64,000 nt of DNA from Candidatus Poribacteria bacterium (GCA_965214095.1 OZ243938.1:512001-576000), one strand, 5' to 3'; positions 39,331 through 49,966 are shown, numbered from the stretch's first letter. Made by a program: numbers and translations. Notes: generated by a model not told the origin, from the letters alone.

Positions 39331-40044
39331 TTAGTATTTATCAGTTTTAACTAGTCCCCAGACCGTTGTTAGTTTTGCGGTTGGCTCAACAGCAGTCGGA
39401 TCACTACCACCATAGATTTCTATTTCATCAATACGCGCACCATCATTTGAACGAATGTGGATACGCAACCACCGTGCCTCTACATCATCAAAAGTGACCT
39501 CTGTGGTTTTGCTAACTGGCGCACCTTTATGTGTATAGACAATATTCCAAGTATTTGCTTCTGAGTCGGCATCAGCTACCTTTGTTGCAACAAGGATATC
39601 AAAATCGGCAGCTGTTCGGTCAAGAAAACCTTGCGAATGGTCACTGCCAAAAATTATACGATTCACATTCGCGACTTCTCCAATATCAATCTGTGCCCAA
39701 CCGGGTACAGCGCCAATAATCCAACTTCTGCAATTGTTATAAAAACCATCATTAAGATATTCAGTACAGTGCCGTTGTGGACACCATCCATCTAACAAAG
39801 AAGATGCTTCTGGTTTAGTATCTTTCAGTAATGCCAAATTCGGTTCTTTATCCCGAACGGTCGGTACAAATTCTGGTCCTGGTTTTCCACCTGCTTCACA
39901 TGCCTTCGTTGCTGCATCAATATCTTGCTCTTTGAATTCGTAACGTCCGAATTTCTCTGGTCCCTTCTCTTCATTATGTTCAGCGAAAACCGAAGGAGTG
40001 TTTATTATTAATGTCACGAGTAAACAGAAAAGTACTATTCTCAT
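39331..40044 (-). CDS. Secreted discoidin/F5-8 type C-like protein with a C-terminal VEP..WG motif
   Basis: Signal peptide; NLAL...ASS...LNDG...WAQIDIG...VEARWLRI...IDEIEIY; ends AVEPTAKLTTVWGLVKTDKY. Confidence 0.78.
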   Translation of the reverse strand: MRIVLFCLLVTLIINTPSVFAEHNEEKGPEKFGRYEFKEQDIDAATKACEAGGKPGPEFVPTVRDKEPNLALLKDTKPEASSLLDGWCPQRHCTEYLNDGFYNNCRSWIIGAVPGWAQIDIGEVANVNRIIFGSDHSQGFLDRTAADFDILVATKVADADSEANTWNIVYTHKGAPVSKTTEVTFDDVEARWLRIHIRSNDGARIDEIEIYGGSDPTAVEPTAKLTTVWGLVKTDKY

Positions 40045-40172
40045 TTTTCATTCCTCCAGAGGTTTTGTGTATATTTGTTATTAGTTACATTTATTGATAG
40101 TTTCTCATGCTAGGGGTTCACTTAAACGTATACCTTGATTACATTCTCCATAAATTGAAAGAGTGATTATAT

Positions 40173-40278
40173 TATAGTAAAGTTTAGAATTAAGAAGACA
40201 TTTCAATGCACTTTCAAATTACACAAGTCCCGTAGGGGCGAGGTTGCCTCCCCCTCTGAGGTGTGTCCTATTAATAGT
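40173..40278. repeat. Degenerate TATAGT-ended element with a REP
   Basis: TATAGTAAAG left end; GTAGGGGCGAGGTTGCCTCCCCC at 40232-40254; right end unclear. Confidence 0.5.
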
Positions 40279-41268
40279 TCAATCTGCGAAATACTCATTT
40301 GCAACTACATTTACAAAATTATTTCCCATAACTCTATAACCTTCAGCATCAGGATGTAAGTTATCTGGGAGCAGGTCAACAAAATCTGCACCAAAGACAT
40401 CTAACCCGCTCACATAATGTATGTTTTCATCACCGTAGGATTCCAGTGCATTCGCAGCAGCTTGTACCTCTTCACGCATTTTCTGTAGATTGAATCCGAC
40501 AGCATTTGGGTTTTCTTCTCTGTTTGGACAATAGATGGGTGACATCAAGACTATTGGTATATCAGTGTGTTTTTCACGAATAATTTGCACAGCACCAATG
40601 ATTGCAGGTCGGAATGCACGCGGTCCTAAACTAGATGCACCTTGTATGTTAATTCCGAGACACATTGAAATGTAATTCGCGGGTAGATCCCGGATCATCT
40701 TTGCTACCATTGAATCAAGATGACACTGTCCACCATATCCAAGACAAGTTAGGTTGAAGTTTTTGCTACGAGCAGCAATTCCAGGCCACGTCTGTGTTGG
40801 TGAAGCAGCAGAACGACACTGAGTAATTGAACTACCATAGGTAATCCACTTTGGACGTTTGTCTATGTATGGATCTATTGATGCACCATCATCAATTTCT
40901 ATATTACGAAGTTGAAACCTGCCAAACTGTGGCAACCACAATTCTATCAATTTATCCTTATCAGGAAGATTCTCAAACACGAAACTGTTCTTTCCCCGAA
41001 GATCGGACGATGCAATGAACTCTCCATTGCAGCATAGATCAAGCATACCAGAATCGCGTTGTTCAACAATACTACCAGATATGTGGGTTGTGTTACTACG
41101 AAAACTAATTCGCACACCTGCTGGCATTGCTGAACGTTCCAATAATGGTTCTGGAAACAGAACATGCTGGTCGTGTGGTGTTCGCCACGGCATGAGTGCA
41201 TCACCTGTTTTTTCTACAGATACAACTCCTTGCCAATTCAAATTTGGTGAATCAGGCTTCAAATGCAT
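40279..41268 (-). CDS. SGNH/GDSL hydrolase
   Basis: YGSSITQ, LGYGG, GIN and DNLHP motifs. Confidence 0.88.
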   Translation of the reverse strand: MHLKPDSPNLNWQGVVSVEKTGDALMPWRTPHDQHVLFPEPLLERSAMPAGVRISFRSNTTHISGSIVEQRDSGMLDLCCNGEFIASSDLRGKNSFVFENLPDKDKLIELWLPQFGRFQLRNIEIDDGASIDPYIDKRPKWITYGSSITQCRSAASPTQTWPGIAARSKNFNLTCLGYGGQCHLDSMVAKMIRDLPANYISMCLGINIQGASSLGPRAFRPAIIGAVQIIREKHTDIPIVLMSPIYCPNREENPNAVGFNLQKMREEVQAAANALESYGDENIHYVSGLDVFGADFVDLLPDNLHPDAEGYRVMGNNFVNVVANEYFAD

Positions 41269-41300
41269 TACAATAGCTCTCCTTACAATTCTTAATATGA

Positions 41301-42113
41301 TTACATCGCGTCAACAACTGCACGTAGTTGTCGGACACCATCTAACATCTCTTGCGGGTTACCCCAATGTTCAATACTTGCTGCTCCTTCAAAACCATCA
41401 TTGATGAGCGTTCTTAACAGTTGCTCATAACGTAAATCCGTATCTCGGATCGGATCCAGATTTTTCTCACGATTCGGTTTCACATGAACATGTCGCACAA
41501 GTCCCTTTATGTGTGAATACCCATCAGGCAATGGACGTTCACCACAGTGTATTCCGTTATTGACATCCCAGCATGAAGCAAGTGCGGGACTATTGCCAAG
41601 GACATCTATAACTGCCCGTGTCTCCTCGCAGGAACCGGCAAGTGTAGCATCTTCATTTTCAAATGCAAGTATTACGTTTTCGCTTTCTGCAATTGGCACA
41701 ACAGGAGAAAGTTTCTCTGCAATCTGTTCAAGATAATCGTTTATATCCGGTCGGGATGACTCCTTCAACCTGCGATTTGGATTCCAAAACGCAAAACCAC
41801 GAATGATTGGTGTATCAAAGGCGTGTGCCAGTTCAACCATTCGGTCAAAATGTCGTAGGTGTTTTTCATACTCCTGTTGATTGTCTATGGGACATTTTCC
41901 AAAAGGTGAACCGATGCTTGCCACGCTAACACTATACTTACTCAGCACATCCTGGGCGCGTTTAACATCATCATCGTCTATCTCAGTAACATGCTTTCCC
42001 CATACACCTCCACGGATTTCAACAGTTGTAGCACCTGCTTCTTGTCCGAGTTTGATAGCTTCTTCAAAATCATCTCTGGAAACTTCATCTGCGAAAAAAC
42101 ATACATCTATCAT
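41301..42113 (-). CDS. Sugar phosphate isomerase/epimerase (TIM barrel)
   Basis: FADEVS, IGSPFGK, FENE, WDVNN, HVHVK and SIEH motifs; start 42113 or 42146. Confidence 0.85.
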   Translation of the reverse strand: MIDVCFFADEVSRDDFEEAIKLGQEAGATTVEIRGGVWGKHVTEIDDDDVKRAQDVLSKYSVSVASIGSPFGKCPIDNQQEYEKHLRHFDRMVELAHAFDTPIIRGFAFWNPNRRLKESSRPDINDYLEQIAEKLSPVVPIAESENVILAFENEDATLAGSCEETRAVIDVLGNSPALASCWDVNNGIHCGERPLPDGYSHIKGLVRHVHVKPNREKNLDPIRDTDLRYEQLLRTLINDGFEGAASIEHWGNPQEMLDGVRQLRAVVDAM

Positions 42114-42267
42114 TTGAAATTTACTGTGAGTTCTCAAGGAATACATTTAATCAGATTGAGTAATTTGAATGGTAATCCCATCCAGACAAGTCTTCAACGA
42201 GAGAACGTACACTCCTTTATATAATCAATAGAACTTCTAAAATATTGGACATCAAAAATATGAATAC

Positions 42268-42570
42268 CTAAAAGATCCACCATGCAATTATTAGCAGAAC
42301 TGTGCCGACAACCATCAAAAGTGCTTCAGACACCTTAGCAACTAACTGACCAACCTCATCTAGAAATCGTGAAAGCAATTCAAGACCGCCGCAAAAAAAA
42401 CCTAACGATCCAGCAATCATATATAACAAACCTTTATTGTATTCAAGATGATCATGCCAAATAGAATATCCTGTCACGATAAAATATAATCCAATGATTG
42501 GTAAGCAAACAACATCTATCCACTTTACCCATTTTGCATTCTTATAGTAGTGATAAATCTTTGTAAACAC
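42268..42570 (-). CDS. Small hypothetical membrane protein
   Basis: Three hydrophobic segments; GGGAG upstream of the GTG start. Confidence 0.6.
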   Translation of the reverse strand: MFTKIYHYYKNAKWVKWIDVVCLPIIGLYFIVTGYSIWHDHLEYNKGLLYMIAGSLGFFCGGLELLSRFLDEVGQLVAKVSEALLMVVGTVLLIIAWWIF

Positions 42571-42594
42571 AATTATAAGCTCCCATTATTCAGA

Positions 42595-42726
42595 CTAGTA
42601 GAATGTCCATTCTTATATTGTAGGTCGGGTAGAGGGACGACACCCGACTTTATTGATGATAAATGGCTGCATGTCGGGTTTCGTGCCTCTACCCGACCTA
42701 CAAGATTTGTGTAGACAAACCACTAG
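42595..42726. mobile_element. CTAG-ended element carrying an inverted REP pair
   Basis: Imperfect TIR CTAGTAGAATGTCCA...TAGACAAACCACTAG; REPs GTAGGTCGGGTAGAG...ACCCGAC at 42620-42648 and inverted at 42673-42701. Confidence 0.7.
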
Positions 42727-44405
42727 AAAGAATTAGAAAGAAGAAAAGGCACTAATTTTAGTAGCTCTTCAAGCGGTGACTCTTTATCTGATACCATAAC
42801 CTCTAACATAACCGTATTTTCCTTAACATTGATCCACGCAAGCAGAGGAGAAATTTCAGTGTCTATTTCATCTTCGTTTATTGTGATTTCACCTTCACTG
42901 ACCAATTCTAAAACCTTCAGAACATTAAGTTTCGCGAATGCAAGTGGCTTTTTTGGAACCTGTTTCATATACGACAATTTGTTCTTCTTCTCTAATCCAT
43001 CAATCATTGAAAACATCTGATCATCAGAAAAGCTTATTAGTGAAAGTCCATCCTTTTCAGCATAATATAAATTTGTGGCAATTATAGAGATATCGGTATC
43101 TTTATGATCAATCTTTGATACTGACGTATTGTGTAAGTTTGAAAGACTATTCTTAATCTGTTCCCATTTATCCGTATTTGATGAATTGAAGATAATGCCA
43201 CCACTCGTCCGAACATGACCAGCATCAATCTGAAAACTACCAAATATTTCAAGATGAAGATTCTCAATGGAATTCGGATCAAACAGGGAGAGATTATTAA
43301 CAGACAATGCAATTTCTCCAGTCAAACCAGCAACAACATCCTCATCAAAATTGAGATTCAATATCCCTTCCAAAAAGGTGATGAATCCAAAGGCATCATC
43401 CGTATCACTATTTTCTAATTCTTCGTTGATAAGTTCCCAGACCGTATTCAATATCCCAGGGGCAATAGATACAAATAGATCTTCATCACCAGATATACTC
43501 TTTAATGTTGATAGTTCTTTACCTTCTTCCAAGAAACGACTAATATAACTTTCAGACCTTTCTGGATCAATTTTCGTTTGCAATTGAAGTATAGGACCTT
43601 TTTCTAATAAATTCAGGACAGCACTAACATTGGTAATAACTTCAACTTGTACTCGTGTTTCTTCATCTATATCTTCTAAATAAGGTAGGACATGACCAAA
43701 ATCAAGATAAATGTTCACTTGACCAGTTCCCATTGTTTTAGAGGTTTGAACAAAAGATTCGTTCCGTTTAATAGAATCTGATTTTTTACGATAAGTGTCA
43801 ATCAATTGTTCAAAACTATTCTGTTGAATCCCTACTACGAGAAAATCTCCGACAAATCCATAAGCCAAAAGGAAGTCAGGCATTTGGAGTGTGTCGTATT
43901 TTACTTTCCTATGTTCACCCGCATCAAGTGTTAAAATGCCTTCTGACATCCCAATAAAACCAGTTACGATTTTTGTAAATCTTTTAAGTTCTGCCAAATT
44001 CCCGCCTGAATGCACTACTATGCCACCTTGTTGGTTTCCTGTTTCATCCAACCACATCGCACCGCCAATCTGGTAACCAACTGCTTCAATGACGGTGTAA
44101 AGATCTGTTCCAATGATGGTTTGTACTAACATCAGACTGGTCTGTATCCTTTTCCTTAGGTCTTCATCTATGAGCGGTTCAAGATCTTTTTTCCAAGTCT
44201 CTGACATTTTAATTTCGTTATATATTTCATCTAAATCATTTATTTGTAAATATGCTACACTCTCTTTAGGTATAAAATCTGTTACTTTGGCAGCATGGGA
44301 TAATATTGGAAAAGATAATAATAGGGTGCAGATAATAACTTTAAATATGTCAAACCAAGGGGATATTGATATAATGTCATCTCTAAAAATGATTTTGGAT
44401 TTCAT
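42723..44405 (-). CDS. Exported DUF3352-like hypothetical protein
   Basis: Signal-like N-terminus; FIPKESVAYL; LNFDEDVVAGLTGEIAL. Confidence 0.65.
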   Translation of the reverse strand: MKSKIIFRDDIISISPWFDIFKVIICTLLLSFPILSHAAKVTDFIPKESVAYLQINDLDEIYNEIKMSETWKKDLEPLIDEDLRKRIQTSLMLVQTIIGTDLYTVIEAVGYQIGGAMWLDETGNQQGGIVVHSGGNLAELKRFTKIVTGFIGMSEGILTLDAGEHRKVKYDTLQMPDFLLAYGFVGDFLVVGIQQNSFEQLIDTYRKKSDSIKRNESFVQTSKTMGTGQVNIYLDFGHVLPYLEDIDEETRVQVEVITNVSAVLNLLEKGPILQLQTKIDPERSESYISRFLEEGKELSTLKSISGDEDLFVSIAPGILNTVWELINEELENSDTDDAFGFITFLEGILNLNFDEDVVAGLTGEIALSVNNLSLFDPNSIENLHLEIFGSFQIDAGHVRTSGGIIFNSSNTDKWEQIKNSLSNLHNTSVSKIDHKDTDISIIATNLYYAEKDGLSLISFSDDQMFSMIDGLEKKNKLSYMKQVPKKPLAFAKLNVLKVLELVSEGEITINEDEIDTEISPLLAWINVKENTVMLEVMVSDKESPLEELLKLVPFLLSNSF

Positions 44406-44420
44406 TTGAAAATCTCCATT

Positions 44421-46112
44421 TTATGGCACCCGAATTTCTTCTACCATTGCTTGCACCTCTTCGGGTGGGGATGGGGTATAAGCCGATACTACGGATGCAA
44501 CTATGAAATTTAATATCATACCAATTGTGCCGATTCCTTCAGGGGATATTCCCCACAACCAGAATTCTGGCGTGTCAAGATCTTTATTGATCAATTTGAA
44601 GAAGATAATATATGCTGCTGTGAATGTAATACCAACTATCATACCTGCTACCGCACCGTTCTTGTTCATCCGTTTAGTGAAAATACCCATAACGATTGCG
44701 GGGAAAAATGAACTTGCAGCGAGACCGAAAGCAAATGCAACGACTTCGCCGACAAATCCTGGTGGATTGATACCTAAATATCCAGCTATACACACCGCAA
44801 CACCTGCAGCAATACGTGCAGCTGCCAATTCCTGTTTTTCTGTGAGATGTGGGGCAATACAACCTTTAAGCAAATCGTGGGCAATTGCTGTTGAAATTAC
44901 CAAAAGTAATCCCGCTGCTGTTGACAACGCTGCTGCTAAACCGCCAGCAGCGACTAAACCTATGATCCAATTCGGAAGTTTGGCAATTTCTGGATTTGCC
45001 AACACCATGATGTCTTTATTGATCTCAAGTTCATTTTGAGTTTCGGATTCTTTTCCACGGTATTGAATCTTACCATCATTGTTTATGTCATCAAATTTAA
45101 TTAACTCTGTTTTTTCCCAATTTTTGAACCATTCAGGGACATCCTCATATCTAATATCTTGTAATTCACCATTCTGTTCATAGGTTACCGTTTCAAGTAG
45201 GTTTGTTCTTGCGAAAATTGCAACTGCCGGGGCAGTTGTGTAGAGTAATGCGATGAATAGCAACGCCCATCCAGCTGATGCCCGTGCTTCGGAGGCTTTG
45301 CGCACTGTGTAGAAACGGATAATTACATGCGGAAGTCCTGCCGTCCCTAACATCAAGGCTGCAGTAAAGCAAATGACATCAATTTTGGATTTACTTCCAT
45401 CTGTGTATCGGTCAAAACCGAGTGCTGTGTTTAATTCATTCAGTCGATCTAACAGATTGACACCTGAGGCATCTACTGCACCCATGCCCAACTGAGGAAT
45501 AGGATTATTGGTAATTAGGATAGAGATAAAAATCGCAGGAACCATATACGCAAAAATTAGGACACAATATTGTGCAACCTGTGTATATGTAATTCCCTTC
45601 ATCCCTCCGAGTACAGCATAGAAAAACACAATTCCTATGCCTATGATGACACCAAGCGTAGCATTGACATTTAGGAAACGCGAAAGTACTATACCCACAC
45701 CTTGCATCTGACCAGAAACATAAGTAAATGAAACAAAAACAGCACAAATAACTGCTACTATCCTTGCCGACTGTGAATAATATCTATCTCCAACAAAATC
45801 TGGAACTGTATACTTACCGAATTTTCTTAGGTAGGGTGCCAAGAGTAATGCCAGCAGGACATAACCACCTGTCCATCCGAGTAGATAGACTGAACCATCA
45901 CGTCCCATAAATGAGACTAGGCCTGCCATCGAGATAAAGGAAGCAGCACTCATCCAATCTGCCGCAGTTGCCATCCCGTTTACTATCGGATGAACATTGC
46001 TACCTGCGACATAGAAGTCACCTGTAGAACGTGCTTTTGACCAAATCGCAACCCCGATATACAATGCGAAGGAGAGACCAACCATGACGAAAGTCCAGGC
46101 TTGTACATTCAT
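44421..46112 (-). CDS. Sodium:solute symporter, ActP-like
   Basis: NGMATAADWMSAASF, APYLRKFGKYTVPDF, GGMKGITYTQ and GTAGLPHVIIRFYTV motifs. Confidence 0.93.
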   Translation of the reverse strand: MNVQAWTFVMVGLSFALYIGVAIWSKARSTGDFYVAGSNVHPIVNGMATAADWMSAASFISMAGLVSFMGRDGSVYLLGWTGGYVLLALLLAPYLRKFGKYTVPDFVGDRYYSQSARIVAVICAVFVSFTYVSGQMQGVGIVLSRFLNVNATLGVIIGIGIVFFYAVLGGMKGITYTQVAQYCVLIFAYMVPAIFISILITNNPIPQLGMGAVDASGVNLLDRLNELNTALGFDRYTDGSKSKIDVICFTAALMLGTAGLPHVIIRFYTVRKASEARASAGWALLFIALLYTTAPAVAIFARTNLLETVTYEQNGELQDIRYEDVPEWFKNWEKTELIKFDDINNDGKIQYRGKESETQNELEINKDIMVLANPEIAKLPNWIIGLVAAGGLAAALSTAAGLLLVISTAIAHDLLKGCIAPHLTEKQELAAARIAAGVAVCIAGYLGINPPGFVGEVVAFAFGLAASSFFPAIVMGIFTKRMNKNGAVAGMIVGITFTAAYIIFFKLINKDLDTPEFWLWGISPEGIGTIGMILNFIVASVVSAYTPSPPEEVQAMVEEIRVP

Positions 46113-46450
46113 ACTTTATCAGAGTCCTCCACATTTTCCTGCTCCTTTCGGTATTTTTTATCTAAACGGTTCATCAACCATGTATAGACAAAAATCAACT
46201 CAACAAAAATCCAGATTGAACCTTGTTGTGCAATATAGAAACCAAGACGGAAACCACCGATTTGTATCTTGTCAAGTTGTTCCACAAACACAATTGAGCA
46301 TAGAAAGGAGGTGACAAACCAAATACCAAGAAGGATAGCGAGGTATTGCAGATTTTTCCGCCAATATGAACGTTGATTTTCTGACACTGCCAAAAGAGTA
46401 GCCTCCTCGGTTGTAATGGGTGGGATTATGTGACTTTCAGATTCCTCCAT
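46109..46450 (-). CDS. DUF4212 small partner of the solute symporter
   Basis: YWRKNL, GGFRLGFYIAQQGSI and MNRLDKKY motifs. Confidence 0.9.
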   Translation of the reverse strand: MEESESHIIPPITTEEATLLAVSENQRSYWRKNLQYLAILLGIWFVTSFLCSIVFVEQLDKIQIGGFRLGFYIAQQGSIWIFVELIFVYTWLMNRLDKKYRKEQENVEDSDKV

Positions 46451-46483
46451 ATTGTTGTATCATATCAGAATAACCTAATTCTG

Positions 46484-47071
46484 TCAATAGTTTTCTGGGA
46501 ACATTATCCGCTCAACTTGCTCAATGAGAATATGTAAGACCTTTATATGTATTTCTTGTATGCGATCAGCAGTTTTACCGGGGGCTATGAGACAACTGTC
46601 ACAGTGCTCCGATAGTTGTCCACCATCCTTTCCGAGTAAACCGAACACGTGCATCTCTTTTGATTGTGCTGCTTTTGCTGCTCGGACAACATTCTCGGAA
46701 TTTCCGCTTGTAGAAATCGCAATTAGCAGGTCTCCCGGTTGACCGAGTGCCAGTAGCGGTCTTGCAAATATCTCAGCAAACCCGTAATCGTTTGCTGTAC
46801 AAGTGATGTGACCAGCATCACTGAGTGCAATTGCGGGAAGTGGATCCCGATCTTCACGAAATTTACCGGTACATTCCTCTGCAAAGTGGACTGCATCGCA
46901 TAAACTGCCACCATTTCCACAAGTAAAGACTTTCCCTTGTTTTTCAAATACGGTGGTTATCAAGGATGCAGTATCAGCTATGACTCTGATATTGGCTGGA
47001 TTGTTGATAAATTGATTTAATGTGTCTTGCGCATCCAATAGTGAACTTTGAATGCTTTGCAAGATGTCCAT
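46484..47071 (-). CDS. gmhA: Phosphoheptose isomerase (SIS domain)
   Basis: CGNGGS, NDYGF, ISTSGNSEN and DRIQEIHI motifs; start ATG 47071 with AGGAG upstream. Confidence 0.93.
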   Translation of the reverse strand: MDILQSIQSSLLDAQDTLNQFINNPANIRVIADTASLITTVFEKQGKVFTCGNGGSLCDAVHFAEECTGKFREDRDPLPAIALSDAGHITCTANDYGFAEIFARPLLALGQPGDLLIAISTSGNSENVVRAAKAAQSKEMHVFGLLGKDGGQLSEHCDSCLIAPGKTADRIQEIHIKVLHILIEQVERIMFPENY

Positions 47072-47099
47072 TTTTTTACTCCTACTGTTAAGATTTTCA

Positions 47100-48926
47100 T
47101 TATATCCTAAATATCTCTCCCAACTTACCACCAAGCACACGACCCGCACCCATCAGACATGCAATTAATATCAACATCCCAACAACACCAAGCGCACTTG
47201 CAATGTATGGACCTTCACCGAGACGTTGAGACAATGACCAAATTGCTTTAGTTATTGGATAAAACTGGTTTTGTTGTGCCAAAATCAGACTCTCACTCAC
47301 TTCCAACATGGAAAAAGAAAAAACCAAAATTGCACCAGCAAGAATATTGGCAAAAACTAATGGTAACGTAATTTTGTATAAGGTTCTAACGGGTGTTGCT
47401 CCCATGTTCTGCGATGCTTCTTCGTATGATACACTCGTCTGTTGGAATCCTGCATAGATAGAACGTAACATATATGGCAATCGCCGAACTGCATAGCCAA
47501 CGATCAAGAGAAACGTTGGGTTTTTTCTTGGGTCAATGATTCCTATGATCCCATCTGGCAGAAATTTTAACAGAAGTGAAGTATCTGAGAAACTCCCCAT
47601 ATATCCGAAAGCAATTGCAACACCAGGCAACGCTAAAGGTAACATGGCAATCGCATCTAACAAGTTCTGAAATGGAATACGTTTTCGCGTCAGTAGATAG
47701 GCTATGGCAACGCCTACAAGGAGCGCAATCAATGTGCTGAAAATACTATATTTCAGACTATTAAGAATACTCGGTAGTGTGTCAGAATGCGTAAATGTAT
47801 CAATATAATGTTCAAAGGTATAGGATTTGGGTAGAACCGTCTGATACCATTCACTTGGTCCAGGAGTAACAGAAACTAATATGACACTGATATGTGGTAA
47901 CAACGCCATGAATGTCAATCCACCAATAAATAGATATATGATTGCTCGCATCCAATTGTTCGCATCTGTCTCACGTGTTGTTACATGTCCGCGTCCAAGC
48001 ATCTCATAATGTTTTGTTCCTGTCCATCGTTTAGATACGTAGAATGCCATAGCGGTCAACACAATTACAAGCACAACAAGTGCATACCCCATCGGATTCA
48101 GGTTAGCTTCGGTCACAAGTCTGAATATCTCAACTGCGATAACATCATTGTAATTAAAAATTAAAGGTGTACCGAGATCTGTAAATGCCCAAATAAAAAC
48201 GAGAATCGCACCCGCAAAATATCCTGGCATCATTAAGGGTAAGGTTATTCGTCTGAATATATTAAACCGTGAAGCACCAAGATTTTCTGCAGCTTCCTCC
48301 AAACTTGGATCAACATTCGCCAATGCCGCAACAATGTTGAGATACATTATTGGATATAAATGCAATGTGGATAATAATACAACACCCCAAAAACCACCTG
48401 CGAACCAGTCTATCGTATTACTCATATCCATTAAACCGAGTTTCACAAGCAACATGTTTATACTACCATATTTACCGAAAAACTGTTGCATGCCAAGTGC
48501 ACCAACAAATGGAGGCATAATCATCGGGATGAGAATGACAGAACGCAGCAGATTCCGACCCGGAAAACGGAAGCGAGTCAGGAAGTATGCCAACGGAAGA
48601 CTAAAGATGCTTGTCAGCAGTGTAACCATGACACCGATTTTAAAACTATTGACAACAAGTTGCCGTTTATTTGGGTCAGTTACCATCAGTTTGAAAAATG
48701 TAAGGTCAAACCTACTGTTAATCCAGAAGGCTTCTTTAAATACATAAAGGAGGGGATAGATGAGGAATATTAGAAAAAATAGAGTGGTGAATCCAAGGAT
48801 GAGTATAATTGGTGGAGTTAAATCATATTTTCGCTTTATTCTATCTATAAAGGAAAGATTATTCGGTGAATAATCATTATCCGGTTGAGGCTCAAGCATC
48901 TGTTTCTCCATAATGAAAATGGACAA
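47100..48926 (-). CDS. Fe3+/thiamine-type ABC transporter permease (FbpB-like, two domains)
   Basis: Two EAA loops (LEEAAENLGAS, YEEASQNMGAT); DLGTPL. The start may be a few codons downstream. Confidence 0.9.
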   Translation of the reverse strand: MSIFIMEKQMLEPQPDNDYSPNNLSFIDRIKRKYDLTPPIILILGFTTLFFLIFLIYPLLYVFKEAFWINSRFDLTFFKLMVTDPNKRQLVVNSFKIGVMVTLLTSIFSLPLAYFLTRFRFPGRNLLRSVILIPMIMPPFVGALGMQQFFGKYGSINMLLVKLGLMDMSNTIDWFAGGFWGVVLLSTLHLYPIMYLNIVAALANVDPSLEEAAENLGASRFNIFRRITLPLMMPGYFAGAILVFIWAFTDLGTPLIFNYNDVIAVEIFRLVTEANLNPMGYALVVLVIVLTAMAFYVSKRWTGTKHYEMLGRGHVTTRETDANNWMRAIIYLFIGGLTFMALLPHISVILVSVTPGPSEWYQTVLPKSYTFEHYIDTFTHSDTLPSILNSLKYSIFSTLIALLVGVAIAYLLTRKRIPFQNLLDAIAMLPLALPGVAIAFGYMGSFSDTSLLLKFLPDGIIGIIDPRKNPTFLLIVGYAVRRLPYMLRSIYAGFQQTSVSYEEASQNMGATPVRTLYKITLPLVFANILAGAILVFSFSMLEVSESLILAQQNQFYPITKAIWSLSQRLGEGPYIASALGVVGMLILIACLMGAGRVLGGKLGEIFRI

Positions 48927-49076
48927 TAAGCAATTTTACTGCTTTGTAATTATACCTTGAATTCCGTTGAATTGCACCAAATTTTTCAAGACCTACAAAT
49001 CTCAATATTTAACCGACATTTCTATCGTAATATTCATTGTCGCAACAGCACATGTTGAATGAAAATTAAGTTCTTA

Positions 49077-49317
49077 ATTGGGTAATTCTCATTTTCTCAA
49101 ACCCGGTAGGTTCGGTTTCCTAACCAAACCCTATGTGTCAAGTTATGAGAAATTACGCAATAATCCCTGGCCGGTAGGTTCGGTTTCCTAACCAAACCAT
49201 AGGTGTCAAGTTATGAGAAATTACGCAATAATCCCTGGCCGGTAGGTTCGGTTTCCTAACCGAACCGGACATCTCAAGGAAATTACTCGGTCAGATGTCT
49301 CAAATTTGACACATAGG
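49077..49317. repeat. Tandem REP array, 68-bp period, three REPs
   Basis: CCGGTAGGTTCGGTTTCCTAACC at 49103, 49171 and 49239; the first unit is bounded by the inverted repeat ATTGGGTAATTCTCAT...ATGAGAAATTACGCAAT. Confidence 0.88.
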
Positions 49318-49828
49318 TGTTTCTTAATATCACCCAAGAATATAAACATCTGCAATTACCTAAATACAATGTCTCCGTAAAGTATAGATACCTCTACTAC
49401 CTTTCTGATTCTGGAGTAGTCAATATGTACTAAATCGGTGTTTCTAGAAATGGCATCATTATTGCATATCAGATAAATAAGAATACAAGATTTGAAACGA
49501 ATAAAGAGAAAATTCGTTATGTAATGCAACACTTTTGCAACAATTTTATGAAACAGATTCAAGTTTAAAAGTCGTAAGGGTGTTATTGTTGGAACGTTCC
49601 TTTGAGGTCTTATCTGCAAAATATATGGTGAATATCTGTATATATGCTGAAATACCACAAAGTTGTTGATTGATTAGTATTTATCTACTTTGTGCATCTC
49701 TATTGAAATACGCAAGTTATAAATAAACAGAATTCAGATGGAAAATTGCAAACCAGTGTACATATTCAATTTGTAAATGACTTATATTGAGTAACAAGAC
49801 AAATAGAGGTTTGCAGGAGGAATTGTAA

Positions 49829-49966
49829 ATGTTTAACGTAATTGTCCTAGGGGGTATTGGCTCCTTAGTTGGTGTTGGTGCGGGATACCTTGTACTGAAT
49901 GCCTTTTTTGCTGGAGTTGAACATATTGCCAAACCTAACATTGAATCATTGAAACCAAAAAAGTAA
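49829..49966 (+). CDS. Small single-pass membrane protein (45 aa)
   Basis: AGGAGG 8 nt upstream; MFNVIVLGGIGSLVGVGAGYLVLNAFFAGVEHIAKPNIESLKPKK; below the ORF-track size cutoff. Confidence 0.6.
   Translation: MFNVIVLGGIGSLVGVGAGYLVLNAFFAGVEHIAKPNIESLKPKK

Noticed and set aside
49103-49267. Possible CRISPR array (68-bp period)
   Set aside because: The two spacers are essentially identical and the repeat is the dispersed REP.
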